From Yuukianura sp. NJ FZ-2021 (Eukaryota), in NCBI GenBank assembly GCA_046563655.1, contig CM102283.1, positions 4,092,001 to 4,156,000 on the forward strand: DNA of 64,000 nucleotides, read 5' to 3'. The translations under genes and the position numbers were made by a program. Position 1 is the first letter of the stretch, and each line of letters opens with the position of its first letter. Under the pieces are notes generated by a model, which saw nothing but the letters and a program-made list of their open reading frames with translations, did no database searches and was not told where the DNA came from. Shown piece by piece: positions 36,757 to 51,700 of the stretch.

Positions 36757-37631
36757 AATTAGAAGAAATTAGTGAACCTGCAGAGGCGAAATCTCACCGA
36801 CTTGGGATTCCAGAAACGAACTTTTTAGCAATGTGATACAATACTCTTACAAACTTGTGTTAATTTTACCTTCAGTTGTGTGACAACTTGTCCCAATGTT
36901 GTGATTCATCAAATTGTGACTCGTGGGCAGGGACAATCGTAGTGCTTTAAATTGTTTAGACTTTGTGCGCAGTCTCATGAGCACACTTCGAAGTGTCGAC
37001 GCGTGACTTCTTAATTACAAATCTAGTCTTGTACTAATACTGTTTTGAGAACAGAAGCTTACTAGGGCACTTCCGATAAGGGTATGATCGATAATTTATT
37101 CTAAGTTAGCTCAAACGACCTTAGTAAGTGGACTTGTTAATGCTAAACGTCACAAGCTTATGCAGTAGGTCCCACTGTTTTCAAATTGGGAATAAGGGAA
37201 ATGTGGCGTAATTTGTAACAGTCAGTAAGTAATATAAGTTAGTGGCTTGTTGCTATGAATTGTGGCATATCAGATAATAATTAAGAGGAAATTATGGACA
37301 ATTTTGAGTCTCTCTTAAGAGTATTTTTGTGCTATTTTTGTTCAAATTGTGGTAACGGGAAGCGTCTGGTGTTTAATTTTAAGCAGACAGATTTGAAATT
37401 GTCAAGAGATCTGAAATTTTTATACTAAATTCCATACACGAGATTTTGTGCTCAAGAAGTGTAAACGAAAACAAGGATTTCTGATCCGCAAGGCTAATCT
37501 GGATTTATTAAATGGATTCAAGAAACGTCAATGGTCTATCGTTCAATACTGCTTCAATTCAAGAACGCGACTTTTCAAAAAAAAAAAATTTTTTTTTTTT
37601 TTTTGGCTTTTTCAAAATTTTTAATACTTAA

Positions 37632-38194
37632 GGTGTGCGAACACCCTGGAAACGGGGGGTCAAAATGCGGCTGTAACTCATCAAATGGAAAATGGTCTGG
37701 ATCAGCGTAGGAAGGTCGTACAATGAACCAAAATATATCAAACTTTAGAAAACAACTTGATCTAGTACCCTGCCGGAGAAAAATTACACAATTTTAGTTC
37801 TAACCTTGAAAAAAATTAACCCAAACATCCCACCTCCATATTTACATAGAACTAAATTTTGTAGTTTTCTCCGACAGGGTACTAGATCAAGTCTTTTCCT
37901 AAAGTTTGATATATTGTGGGTCACTGTACGACATTCCTACGCTGACCTAGACCATTTCAATGTCACAGTTTCACAAAAGTTTTTTACAATACCCAAACGA
38001 CGGCAACCGAACTTGAGTCAGTATTTCGTTTGAAAGTGCCCACTTTTTTTATCTACTTTGCACTGAACGTTTTTCGCCACTTTCGAGGGTGTTTCTTTTT
38101 GTCGATGTCTGCAACTTTTACTAACTGCACAAGTTCGGTTATCGTGGTTACTAAATTTAACGACAATTGTTTATTAGACGCATAACACACGTCC
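37632..38194. mobile_element. Putative TTAA-flanked non-autonomous DNA element containing a long internal inverted repeat
   Basis: TTAA|GG...CC|TTAA flanks (37628-37631, 38195-38198) with only weak terminal similarity; clear ~110-bp inverted arms at 37690-37802 and 37847-37957. Confidence 0.4.
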
Positions 38195-38354
38195 TTAAGT
38201 CGACATTTCGGCTGATTAGAAAACTTTATGTAACTCCGTAACACCGCTTTCCTCCTTCCACTTTTTATTCCTTACTTTAACCAATTCAATTTCAAAGTTT
38301 CTTCGATTTTTGAAAATAAAATGCTAGTAGCGGTATTTTGTTCAGGTATTTTGT

Positions 38355-38590
38355 TTTAGTCTTCTGGAGACGCATGTCTACGACATGCTGAAGAAGACTA
38401 TTGATACGACTTTGTCTGTCCGTCTGTCACATTTTTTAGGAACCTTTGCACTTAAACTTAAGCCCTATCGCAGTCGGGGGGTTATCTACGGCTCAAGTGT
38501 TTTCTTTACCTCTACATTGCGCTCAAAGTGTTAGATTAACAACGTAGAAGTGGGCGGCCACCTTACGCACACGCAGTGTTGTCGTTTCCC
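38355..38590 (+). mobile_element. DINE-1/HINE-like repeat, second copy
   Basis: TAGTCTTC...GAAGACTA short inverted pair, then GTCTGTCCGTCTGTC; homologous to 140-380 in opposite orientation. Confidence 0.55.
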
Positions 38591-39320
38591 GACATTTGTC
38601 GGTTTCGATTATACTTAAAATTTATTTAAACAACGAAGATTTGACCCTGTCATTTGCTGACAGTATGTTTATTCGCGTTGTTAATTTAAGCCTGGTTAGA
38701 GGGTAGAAAATCCGGCTTAAATGTTTAATATGTGAATAGTGAATGAAAGGGGTCAAATTTGCATTCACTAGAAATTTTTATAATTTCGATTTTAAACAAT
38801 CGATATTGGACCCTATAAATGCGCTTAATTTTGTGCATGATGCAAACTTATTGCACATGATTGTAAAATTGTGCAGTTATTTTGACGCTGGGTAATGGAC
38901 GTTGTGATGACAACACTGGCAATGAATTACGTGCAGGTTGTTTAGGTTAGTTTCAACGTTCAATTTTGTGCATGTTACACATTTGTCAAATTTTGCAGTC
39001 AATTTCACGCCCGGTAATGGACTTTGTTATTTCAAAATTTGTGCATACTAGAGAACAATAATTTATTGTGCATCAACGTAATTTTGAAGAGAGTGAGAAC
39101 TGTTCAGAGCTCAATCTGTACATTTTGATGGAAGCGGTTTTTTTAACATTTTAAAAACGTTTTCAAACGGTTCATTATCATCTTGGTGCAATTCGTGCAC
39201 AAAAACGGTTTCTCTCGTTTGGTCGTATCCATTGTCTACTCCTCCAGAAGACCTATGCTCAACCCTTGAGCATTGCCCTACCTTGTTTAAAAAATGCACC
39301 AACTTTATTTGGTTGTCATC

Positions 39321-39420
39321 TGCGCCTAACCAAAGTGCGCCTCTCCAATATGCGCCTCTCAATGTGCGCCTAAAAAATGTGCGCCTCCATCCAAAGTGCG
39401 CCTTCAGCGAAAATGCGCCT
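39321..39420 (+). repeat. TGCGCCT motif array (7 copies, ~15-17 bp spacing)
   Basis: TGCGCCT at 39321, 39336, 39351, 39365, 39380, 39397 and 39414, with variable spacers. Confidence 0.8.
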
Positions 39421-39761
39421 CCAATCAAACAGTGCCTTCGGATCCAATTAAAAACCAATAATAACACTAACGAAACCTCAGCAGAAACCCTCCAGAAGTA
39501 ATCAGTATTTCGAACTTTAAACAAACGTAACTTACCCAATCTAAACCCTGGAGACGTAATCAGTATTGCGAATTTAAAAACCTAACACCGCGCCTTAACT
39601 ACCCTTGTTGGACAACTCCAACTTGTAATTGAATTAAACCAAATATACGCTGAATCTATACTTTTCCGTGCCCGTGCCATTCTACGCAAAAACTTTGTGG
39701 TAGGCCACCATAGCAACGTCGTGAATTAGCGAAAGCGCTAAATAAAAAAGGGAACAGGAAG

Positions 39762-42700
39762 GTAGCCCTTTTTATGAGGATTTCAAAAATATAGTTGACT
39801 CTTACCTAGCATCGTTCCGGAATGCATTTCTTTTGAATTCTTTGTTTTGAAACTTCAATTTTCATAAAGAAAAGTAACGAGATGAGGGACGCCACGGCAA
39901 GTGAAAGTGGGTTCCTGTAGCACTTTTTATGAGGGTTTCAAAAATGTAGTTGACGTTTACCTAGCATCGTTCCGGAATGCATTTCTTTTGAATTCTTTGT
40001 TTTGAAACTTGAATCTTCATAAATAAAGGTAACAAGATGAGGGACGACACGGCAAGTGAAAGTGGGTTCCTGTAGCACATTTTATGAGGGTTTCAAAAAT
40101 GTAGTTGACTTTTACCTAGCATCGTTCCGGAATGCATTTCTTTTAAATTCTTTGTTTTGAAACTTGAATTTTTATAAATAAAGGTAACAAGATGAGGCAC
40201 GACACAGCAAGTGAAAGTGGGCTCCTGTAGCACTTTTTATGAGGGTTTCAAAAATGTAGTTGACTTTTACGTAGCATCGTTCCGGAATGCATTTCTTTTG
40301 AATTCTTTGTTTTGAAACTTGAATTTTCATAAATAAAGGCGACAAGATGAAAGACGACGCAGCCAGTGAAAGTGGGCTCCTGTAGCACTTTTTATGAGGG
40401 TTTCAAAAATGTAGTTGACTTTTACGTAGCATCGTTCCGGAATGCATTTCTTTTGAATTCTTTGTTTTGAAACTTGAATTTTCATAAATAAAGGCGACAA
40501 GATGAAAGACGACGCAGCCAGTGAAAGTGGGCTCCTGTAGCACTTTTTATGAGGATTTCAAAAATGTAGTCGACTTTCTGTTCATTCTCACATTTGCATG
40601 TTCATTCTCACAAATTTAAGTCGTTTTCGACAAAATGGTGCTCGGCATTGCCCTGGGTGCCGTTTACCAACCCAAGATAAACTCCGAGGCAGAGCAGTTC
40701 ATCCAGACTTTTAAGTACACTCTAACCAGATTTAATGGCGATCTATCCACGCCAATCAAACTTGGGTTATTGTAGTACTTTTCAGGAGGATTTCAGAAAA
40801 GTAACCCATTTTCACCCGGCATCGCTCCGAGGAGGTTTCTGAAACAAGTTTTCATAAAGAAAAGTAACGAGATGAGGGACGCCACGGCAAGTGAAAGTGG
40901 GTTCCTGTAGCACTCTTTATGAGGATTTCAAAAATGTAATTTAGTTTCTGTTTATTCTCACATTTGCATGTTCATTCTCACAAATTTAAGTCGTTTTGTG
41001 TCAAAATGGTGCTCGACATTGCCCTGGGTGCCGTATTCCAACCCGAGATAAAATCCGAGGTTGAGCGGTTCATTCATACTTTCAAGTACGCTCTAACCAG
41101 ATTTAATTGCGATCTATCCACGCCAATTAAACTTGGGTTCCTGTAACACTTTTTATGAGGAATTTGAAAATATAGTTGACTTTTACCAAGCATCGTTCCG
41201 GAATGCATTTCTTTTGAATTCTTTGTTTTGAAACTTGAATTTTCATAAAGAAAAGTAACGAGATGAGGGACGCCACGGCAAGTGAAAGTGGGTTCCTGTA
41301 GCACTTTTTATGAGGATTTCGAAAATGTAGTTGACTTTTACCCAGCATCGTTCCGGAATGCATTTCTTTTGAATTCTTTGTTTTGAAACTTGGATTTTCA
41401 TAAAGAAAAGTAACGAGATGAGGGACGCCACGGCAAGTGAAAGTGGGTTCCTGTAGCACTTTTTATGAGGGTTTCAAAAATGTAGTTGACGTTTACCTAG
41501 CATCGTTCCGGAATGCATTTCTTTTGAATTCTTTGTTTTGAAACTTGAATCTTCATAAATAAAGGTAACAAGATGAGGGACGACACGGCAAGTGAAAGTG
41601 GGTTCCTGTAGCACATTTTATGAGGGTTTCAAAAATGTAGTTGACTTTTACCTAGCATCGTTCCGGAATGCATTTCTTTTAAATTCTTTGTTTTGAAACT
41701 TGAATTTTCATAAATAAAGGTAACAAGATGAGGCACGACACAGCAAGTGAAAGTGGGTTTCTGTAGCACTTTTTATGAGGATTTCAAAAATGTAGTCGAC
41801 TTTCTGTTCATTCTCACATTTGCATGTTCATTCTCACAAATTTAAGTCGTTTTCGACAAAATGGTGCTCGGCATTGCCCTGGGTGCCGTTTACCAACCCA
41901 AGATAAACTCCGAGGCAGAGCGGTTCATCCAGACTTTTAAGTACACTCTAACCAGATTTAATGGCGATCTATCCACGCCAATCAAACTTGGGTTCCTGTA
42001 GTACTTTTCAGGAGGATTTCAGAAAAGTAACTCATTTTCACACGGCATCGATCCGCGTGGAGGTTTTTCGAATAATTTGTTTTGAAACAAATTTTCATAA
42101 AAAAAAGTCAGAAGATGAGGGACGAAACAGCAAGTGAAAGAGGGTTCCCGTAGCCCTTTTTATGAGGATTTCAAAAATATAGTTGACTTTTACCAAGCAT
42201 CGTTCCGGAATGCATTTCTTTTGAATTCTTTGTTTTGAAACATGAATTTTCATAAATAAAGGTAACAAGATGATGGACGACACAGCAAATGAAAGTGGGT
42301 TCTTGTAGCCCTTTTTATGAGGATTTCAAAAATATAGTTGACTCTTACCTAGCATCGTTCCGGAATGCATTTCTTTTGAATTCTTTGTTTTGAAACTTGA
42401 ATTTTCATAAAGAAAGGTAACAAGATGAGGCACGACACAGCAAGTGAAAGTGGGTTCCTGTAGCACTTTTTATGAGGATTTCAAAAATGTAGTCGACTTT
42501 CTGTTCATTCTCACATTTGCGTGCTCAATCTCACAAATTTAAGTCGTTTTCGACAAAATGGTGCTCGGCATTGCCCTGGGTGCCGTTTACCAACCCAAGA
42601 TAAACTCCGAGGCAGAGCGGTTCATCCAGACTTTTAAGTACACTCTAACCAGATTTAATGGCGATCTATCCACGCCAATCAAACTTGGGTTCCTGTAGTA

Positions 42701-45700
42701 CTTTTCAGGAGGATTTCAGAAAAGTAACTCATTTTCACACGGCATCGCTCCGCGTGGAGGTTTTTCGAATAATTTGTTTTGAAACAAATTTTCATAAAAA
42801 AAATTCAAAAGATGAGGGACGAAACAGCAAGTGAAAGTGGGTTCCTGTAGCACTTTTTATGAGGATTTCAAAAATGTAGTCGACTTTCTGTTCATTCTCA
42901 CATTTGCGTGCTCAATCTCACAAATTTAAGTCGTTTTCGACAAAATGGTGCTCGGCATTGCCCTGGGTGCCGTTTACCAACCCAAGATAAACTCCGAGGC
43001 AGAGCGGTTCATTCAGACTTTTAAGTACACTCTAACCAGATTTAATGGCGATCTATCCACGCCAATCAAACTTGGGTTCCTGTAGTACTTTTCAGGAGGA
43101 TTTCAGAAAAGTAACTCATTTTCACACGGCATCGCTCCGCGTGGAGGTTTTTCGAATAATTTGTTTTGAAACAAATTTTCATAAAAAAAATTCAGAAGAT
43201 GAGGGACGAAACAGCAAGTGAAAGTGGGTTCCTGTAGCACTTTTTATGAGGATTTCAAAAATGTAATTTAGTTTCTGTTTATTCTCACATTTGCATGTTC
43301 ATTCTCACAAATTTAAGTCGTTTTGTGTCAAAATGGTGCTGGACATTGCCCTGGGTGCCGTATTCCAACCCGAGATAAAATCCGAGGTTGAGCGGTTCAT
43401 TCATACTTTCAAGTACGCTCTAACCAGATTTAATTGCGATCTATCCACGCCAATTAAACTTGGGTTCCTGTAGTACTTTTCAGGAGGATTTCAGAAAAGT
43501 AACTCATTTTCACACGGCATCGATCCGCGTGGAGGTTTTTCGAATAATTTGTTTTGAAACAAATTTTCATAAAAAAAAAGTCAGAAGATGAGGGACGAAA
43601 CAGCAAGTGAAAGCGGGTTCCCGTAGCCCTTTTTATGAGGATTTCAAAAATATAGTTGACTTTTACCAAGCATCGTTCCGGAATACATTTCTTTTGAATT
43701 CTTTGTTTTGAAACATGAATTTTCATAAATAAAGGTAACAAGATGATGGACGACACAGCAAATGAAAGTGGGTTCTTGTAGCCCTTTTTATGAGGATTTC
43801 AAAAATATAGTTGACTCTTACCTAGCATCGTTCCGGAATGCATTTCTTTTGAATTCTTTGTTTTGAAACTTGAATTTTCATAAAGAAAGGTAACAAGATG
43901 AGGCACGACACAGCAAGTGAAAGTGGGTTCCTGTAGCACTTTTTATGAGGATTTCAAAAATGTAGTCGACTTTCTGTTCATTCTCACATTTGCGTGCTCA
44001 ATCTCACAAATTTAAGTCGTTTTCGACAAAATGGTGCTCGGCATTGCCCTGGGTGCCGTTTACCAACCCAAGATAAACTCCGAGGCAGAGCGGTTCATCC
44101 AGACTTTTAAGTACACTCTAACCAGATTTAATGGCGATCTATCCACGCCAATCAAACTTGGGTTCCTGTAGTACTTTTCAGGAGGATTTCAGAAAAGTAA
44201 CTCATTTTCACACGGCATCGCTCCGCGTGGAGGTTTTTCGAATAATTTGTTTTGAAACAAATTTTCATAAAAAAAATTCAGAAGATGAGGGACGAAACAG
44301 CAAGTGAAAGTGGGTTCCTGTAGCACTTTTTATGAGGATTTCAAAAATGTAATTTAGTTTCTGTTTATTCTCACATTTGCATGTTCATTCTCACAAATTT
44401 AAGTCGTTTTGTGTCAAAATGGTGCTGGACATTGCCCTGGGTGCCGTATTCCAACCCGAGATAAAATCCGAGGTTGAGCGGTTCATTCATACTTTCAAGT
44501 ACGCTCTAACCAGATTTAATTGCGATCTATCCACGCCAATTAAACTTGGGTTCCTGTAGTACTTTTCAGGAGGATTTCAGAAAAGTAACTCATTTTCACA
44601 CGGCATCGATCCGCGTGGAGGTTTTTCGAATAATTTGTTTTGAAACAAATTTTCATAAAAAAAGTCAGAAGATGAGGGACGAAACAGCAAGTGAAAGCGG
44701 GTTCCCGTAGCCCTTTTTATGAGGATTTCAAAAATATAGTTGACTTTTACCAAGCATCGTTCCGGAATACATTTCTTTTGAATTCTTTGTTTTGAAACAT
44801 GAATTTTCATAAATAAAGGTAACAAGATGATGGACGACACAGCAAATGAAAGTGGGTTCTTGTAGCCCTTTTTATGAGGATTTCAAAAATATAGTTGACT
44901 CTTACCTAGCATCGTTCCGGAATGCATTTCTTTTGAATTCTTTGTTTTGAAACTTGAATTTTCATAAAGAAAGGTAACAAGATGAGGCACGACACAGCAA
45001 GTGAAAGTGGGTTCCTGTAGCACTTTTTATGAGGATTTCAAAAATGTAATTTAGTTTCTGTTTATTCTCACATTTGCATGTTCATTCTCACAAATTTAAG
45101 TCGTTTTGTGTCAAAATGGTGCTGGACATTGCCCTGGGTGCCGTATTCCAACCCGAGATAAAATCCGAGGTTGAGCGGTTCATTCATACTTTCAAGTACG
45201 CTCTAACCAGATTTAATTGCGATCTATCCACGCCAATTAAACTTGGGTTCCTGTAGTACTTTTCAGGAGGATTTCAGAAAAGTAACTCATTTTCACACGG
45301 CATCGATCCGCGTGGAGGTTTTTCGAATAATTTGTTTTGAAACAAATTTTCATAAAAAAAAGTCAGAAGATGAGGGACGAAACAGCAAGTGAAAGCGGGT
45401 TCCCGTAGCCCTTTTTATGAGGATTTCAAAAATATAGTTGACTTTTACCAAGCATCGTTCCGGAATACATTTCTTTTGAATTCTTTGTTTTGAAACATGA
45501 ATTTTCATAAATAAAGGTAACAAGATGATGGACGACACAGCAAATGAAAGTGGGTTCTTGTAGCCCTTTTTATGAGGATTTCAAAAATATAGTTGACTCT
45601 TACCTAGCATCGTTCCGGAATGCATTTCTTTTGAATTCTTTGTTTTGAAACTTGAATTTTCATAAAGAAAGGTAACAAGATGAGGCACGACACAGCAAGT

Positions 45701-48700
45701 GAAAGTGGGTTCCTGTAGCACTTTTTATGAGGATTTCAAAAATGTAGTCGACTTTCTGTTCATTCTCACATTTGCGTGCTCAATCTCACAAATTTAAGTC
45801 GTTTTCGACAAAATGGTGCTCGGCATTGCCCTGGGTGCCGTTTACCAACCCAAGATAAACTCCGAGGCAGAGCGGTTCATCCAGACTTTTAAGTACACTC
45901 TAACCAGATTTAATGGCGATCTATCCACGCCAATCAAACTTGGGTTCCTGTAGTACTTTTCAGGAGGATTTCAGAAAAGTAACTCATTTTCACACGGCAT
46001 CGATCCGCGTGGAGGTTTTTCGAATAATTTGTTTTGAAACAAATTTTCATAAAAAAAGTCAGAAGATGAGGGACGAAACAGCAAGTGAAAGAGGGTTCCC
46101 GTAGCCCTTTTTATGAGGATTTCAAAAATATAGTTGACTTTTACCAAGCATCGTTCCGGAATGCATTTCTTTTGAATTCTTTGTTTTGAAACATGAATTT
46201 TCATAAATAAAGGTAACAAGATGATGGACGACACAGCAAATGAAAGTGGGTTCTTGTAGCCCTTTTTATGAGGATTTCAAAAATATAGTTGACTTTTACC
46301 TAGCATCGTTCCGGAATGCATTTCTTTTGAATTCTTTGTTTTGAAACTTGAATTTTCATAAAGAAAGGTAACAAGATGAGGCACGACACAGCAAGTGAAA
46401 GTGGGTTCCTGTAGCACTTTTTATGAGGATTTCAAAAATGTAGTCGACTTTCTGTTCATTCTCACATTTGCGTGCTCAATCTCACAAATTTAAGTCGTTT
46501 TCGACAAAATGGTGCTCGGCATTGCCCTGGGTGCCGTTTACCAACCCAAGATAAACTCCGAGGCAGAGCGGTTCATCCAGACTTTTAAGTACACTCTAAC
46601 CAGATTTAATGGCGATCTATCCACGCCAATCAAACTTGGGTTCCTGTAGTACTTTTCAGGAGGATTTCAGAAAAGTAACTCATTTTCACACGGCATCGCT
46701 CCGCGTGGAGGTTTTTCGAATAATTTGTTTTGAAACAAATTTTCATAAAAAAAAAGTCAGAAGATGAGGGACGAAACAGCAAGTGAAAGAGGGTTCCCGT
46801 AGCCCTTTTTATGAGGATTTCAAAAATATAGTTGACTTTTACCAAGCATCGTTCCGGAATGCATTTCTTTTGAATTCTTTGTTTTGAAACATGAATTTTC
46901 ATAAATAAAGGTAACAAGATGATGGACGACACAGCAAATGAAAGTGGGTTCTTGTAGCCCTTTTTATGAGGATTTCAAAAATATAGTTGACTTTTACCTA
47001 GCATCGTTCCGGAATGCATTTCTTTTGAATTCTTTGTTTTGAAACTTGAATTTTCATAAAGAAAGGTAACAAGATGAGGCACGACACAGCAAGTGAAAGT
47101 GGGTTCCTGTAGCACTTTTTATGAGGATTTCAAAAATGTAGTCGACTTTCTGTTCATTCTCACATTTGCGTGCTCAATCTCACAAATTTAAGTCGTTTTC
47201 GACAAAATGGTGCTCGGCATTGCCCTGGGTGCCGTTTACCAACCCAAGATAAACTCCGAGGCAGAGCGGTTCATCCAGACTTTTAAGTACACTCTAACCA
47301 GATTTAATGGCGATCTATCCACGCCAATCAAACTTGGGTTCCTGTAGTACTTTTCAGGAGGATTTCAGAAAAGTAACTCATTTTCACACGGCATCGCTCC
47401 GCGTGGAGGTTTTTCGAATAATTTGTTTTGAAACAAATTTTCATAAAAAAATTCAGAAGATGAGGGACGAAACAGCAAGTGAAAGTGGGTTCCTGTAGCA
47501 CTTTTTATGAGGATTTCAAAAATGTAATTTAGTTTCTGTTTATTCTCACATTTGCGTGCTCAATCTCACAAATTTAAGTCGTTTTCGACAAAATGGTGCT
47601 CGGCATTGCCCTGGGCGCCGTATTCCATCCCGAGATAAAATCCGAGGTTGAGCGGTTCATTCATACTTTCAAGTACGCTCTAACCAGATTTAATTGCGAT
47701 CTATCCACGCCAATTAAACTTGGGTTCCTGTAGTACTTTTCAGGAAGATTTCAGAAAAGTAACTCATTTTCACACGGCATCGCTCCGCGTGAAGGTTTTT
47801 CGAATAATTTGTTTTGAAACAAATTTTCATAAAAAAAGTCAGAAGATGAGGGACGAAACAGCAAGTGAAAGCGGGTTCCCGTAGCCTTTTTTATGAGGAT
47901 TTGAAAAATATAGTTGATTTTTACCAAGCATCGTTCCGGAATGCATTTCTTTTGAATTCTTTGTTTTGAAACATGAATTTTCATAAATAAAGGTAACAAG
48001 ATGATGGACGACACAGCAAATGAAAGTGGGTTCTTGTAGCCCTTTTTATGAGGATTTCAAAAATATAGTTGACTCTTACCTAGCATCGTTCCGGAATGCA
48101 TTTCTTTTGAATTCTTTGTTTTGAAACTTGAATTTTCATAAAGAAAGGTAACAAGATGAGGCACGACACAGCAAGTGAAAGTGGGTTCCTGTAGCACTTT
48201 TTATGAGGATTTCAAAAATGTAGTCGACTTTCTGTTCATTCTCACATTTGCGTGCTCAATCTCACAAATTTAAGTCGTTTTCGACAAAATGGTGCTCGGC
48301 ATTGCCCTGGGCGCCGTATTCCATCCCGAGATAAAATCCGAGGTTGAGCGGTTCATTCATACTTTCAAGTACGCTCTAACCAGATTTAATTGCGATCTAT
48401 CCACGCCAATTAAACTTGGGTTCCTGTAGTACTTTTCAGGAAGATTTCAGAAAAGTAACTCATTTTCACACGGCATCGCTCCGCGTGAAGGTTTTTCGAA
48501 TAATTTGTTTTGAAACAAATTTTCATAAAAAAAAGTCAGAAGATGAGGGACGAAACAGCAAGTGAAAGCGGGTTCCCGTAGCCTTTTTTATGAGGATTTC
48601 AAAAATATAGTTGATTTTTACCAAGCATCGTTCCGGAATGCATTTCTTTTGAATTCTTTGTTTTGAAACATGAATTTTCATAAATAAAGGTAACAAGATG

Positions 48701-51700
48701 ATGGACGACACAGCAAATGAAAGTGGGTTCTTGTAGCCCTTTTTATGAGGATTTCAAAAATATAGTTGACTCTTACCTAGCATCGTTCCGGAATGCATTT
48801 CTTTTGAATTCTTTGTTTTGAAACTTGAATTTTCATAAAGAAAGGTAACAAGATGAGGCACGACACAGCAAGTGAAAGTGGGTTCCTGTAGCACTTTTTA
48901 TGAGGATTTCAAAAATGTAGTCGACTTTCTGTTCATTCTCACATTTGCGTGCTCAATCTCACAAATTTAAGTCGTTTTCGACAAAATGGTGCTCGGCATT
49001 GCCCTGGGTGCCGTTTACCAACCCAAGATAAACTCCGAGGCAGAGCGGTTCATCCAGACTTTTAAGTACACTCTAACCAGATTTAATGGCGATCTATCCA
49101 CGCCAATCAAACTTGGGTTCCTGTAGTACTTTTCAGGAGGATTTCAGAAAAGTAACTCATTTTCACACGGCATCGATCCGCGTGGAGGTTTTTCGAATAA
49201 TTTGTTTTGAAACAAATTTTCATAAAAAAAAAGTCAGAAGATGAGGGACGAAACAGCAAGTGAAAGAGGGTTCCCGTAGCCCTTTTTATGAGGATTTCAA
49301 AAATATAGTTGACTTTTACCAAGCATCGTTCCGGAATGCATTTCTTTTGAATTCTTTGTTTTGAAACATGAATTTTCATAAATAAAGGTAACAAGATGAT
49401 GGACGACACAGCAAATGAAAGTGGGTTCTTGTAGCCCTTTTTATGAGGATTTCAAAAATATAGTTGACTTTTACCTAGCATCGTTCCGGAATGCATTTCT
49501 TTTGAATTCTTTGTTTTGAAACTTGAATTTTCATAAAGAAAGGTAACAAGATGAGGCACGACACAGCAAGTGAAAGTGGGTTCCTGTAGCACTTTTTATG
49601 AGGATTTCAAAAATGTAGTCGACTTTCTGTTCATTCTCACATTTGCGTGCTCAATCTCACAAATTTAAGTCGTTTTCGACAAAATGGTGCTCGGCATTGC
49701 CCTGGGTGCCGTTTACCAACCCAAGATAAACTCCGAGGCAGAGCGGTTCATCCAGACTTTTAAGTACACTCTAACCAGATTTAATGGCGATCTATCCACG
49801 CCAATCAAACTTGGGTTCCTGTAGTACTTTTCAGGAGGATTTCAGAAAAGTAACTCATTTTCACACGGCATCGCTCCGCGTGGAGGTTTTTCGAATAATT
49901 TGTTTTGAAACAAATTTTCATAAAAAAATTCAGAAGATGAGGGACGAAACAGCAAGTGAAAGCGGGTTCCCGTAGCCCTTTTTATGAGGATTTCAAAAAT
50001 ATAGTTGACTTTTACCAAGCATCGTTCCGGAATGCATTTCTTTTGAATTCTTTGTTTTGAAACATGAATTTTCATAAATAAAGGTAACAAGATGATGGAC
50101 GACACAGCAAATGAAAGTGGGTTCTTGTAGCCCTTTTTATGAGGATTTCAAAAATATAGTTGACTTTTACCTAGCATCGTTCCGGAATGCATTTCTTTTG
50201 AATTCTTTGTTTTGAAACTTGAATTTTCATAAAGAAAGGTAACAAGATGAGGCACGACACAGCAAGTGAAAGTGGGTTCCTGTAGCACTTTTTATGAGGA
50301 TTTCAAAAATGTAGTCGACTTTCTGTTCATTCTCACATTTGCGTGCTCAATCTCACAAATTTAAGTCGTTTTCGACAAAATGGTGCTCGGCATTGCCCTG
50401 GGTGCCGTTTACCAACCCAAGATAAACTCCGAGGCAGAGCGGTTCATCCAGACTTTTAAGTACACTCTAACCAGATTTAATGGCGATCTATCCACGCCAA
50501 TCAAACTTGGGTTCCTGTAGTACTGTTCAGGAGTATTTCAGAAAAGTAACTCATTTTCACACGGCATCGCTCCGCGTGGAGGTTTTTCGAATAATTTGTT
50601 TTGAAACAAATTTTCATAAAAAAATTCAGAAGATGAGGGACGAAACAGCAAGTGAAAGCGGGTTCCCGTAGCCCTTTTTATGAGGATTTCAAAAATATAG
50701 TTGACTTTTACCAAGCATCGTTCCGGAATGCATTTCTTTTGAATTCTTTGTTTTGAAACATGAATTTTCATAAATAAAGGTAACAAGATGATGGACGACA
50801 CAGCAAATGAAAGTGGGTTCTTGTAGCCCTTTTTATGAGGATTTCAAAAATATAGTTGACTTTTACCTAGCATCGTTCCGGAATGCATTTCTTTTGAATT
50901 CTTTGTTTTGAAACTTGAATTTTCATAAAGAAAGGTAACAAGATGAGGCACGACACAGCAAGTGAAAGTGGGTTCCTGTAGCACTTTTTATGAGGATTTC
51001 AAAAATGTAGTCGACTTTCTGTTCATTCTCACATTTGCGTGCTCAATCTCACAAATTTAAGTCGTTTTCGACAAAATGGTGCTCGGCATTGCCCTGGGTG
51101 CCGTTTACCAACCCAAGATAAACTCCGAGGCAGAGCGGTTCATCCAGACTTTTAAGTACACTCTAACCAGATTTAATGGCGATCTATCCACGCCAATCAA
51201 ACTTGGGTTCCTGTAGTACTTTTCAGGAGGATTTCAGAAAAGTAACTCATTTTCACACGGCATCGCTCCGCGTGGAGGTTTTTCGAATAATTTGTTTTGA
51301 AACAAATTTTCATAAAAAAATTCAGAAGATGAGGGACGAAACAGCAAGTGAAAGTGGGTTCCTGTAGCACTTTTTATGAGGATTTCAAAAATGTAATTTA
51401 GTTTCTGTTTATTCTCACATTTGCGTGCTCAATCTCACAAATTTAAGTCGTTTTCGACAAAATAATGCTCGGCATTGCCCTGGGCGCCGTATTCCATCCC
51501 GAGATAAAATCCGAGGTTGAGCGGTTCATTCATACTTTCAAGTACGCTCTAACCAGATTTAATTGCGATCTATCCACGCCAATTAAACTTGGGTTCCTGT
51601 AGTACTTTTCAGGAAGATTTCAGAAAAGTAACTCATTTTCACACGGCATCGCTCCGCGTGAAGGTTTTTCGAATAATTTGTTTTGAAACAAATTTTCATA

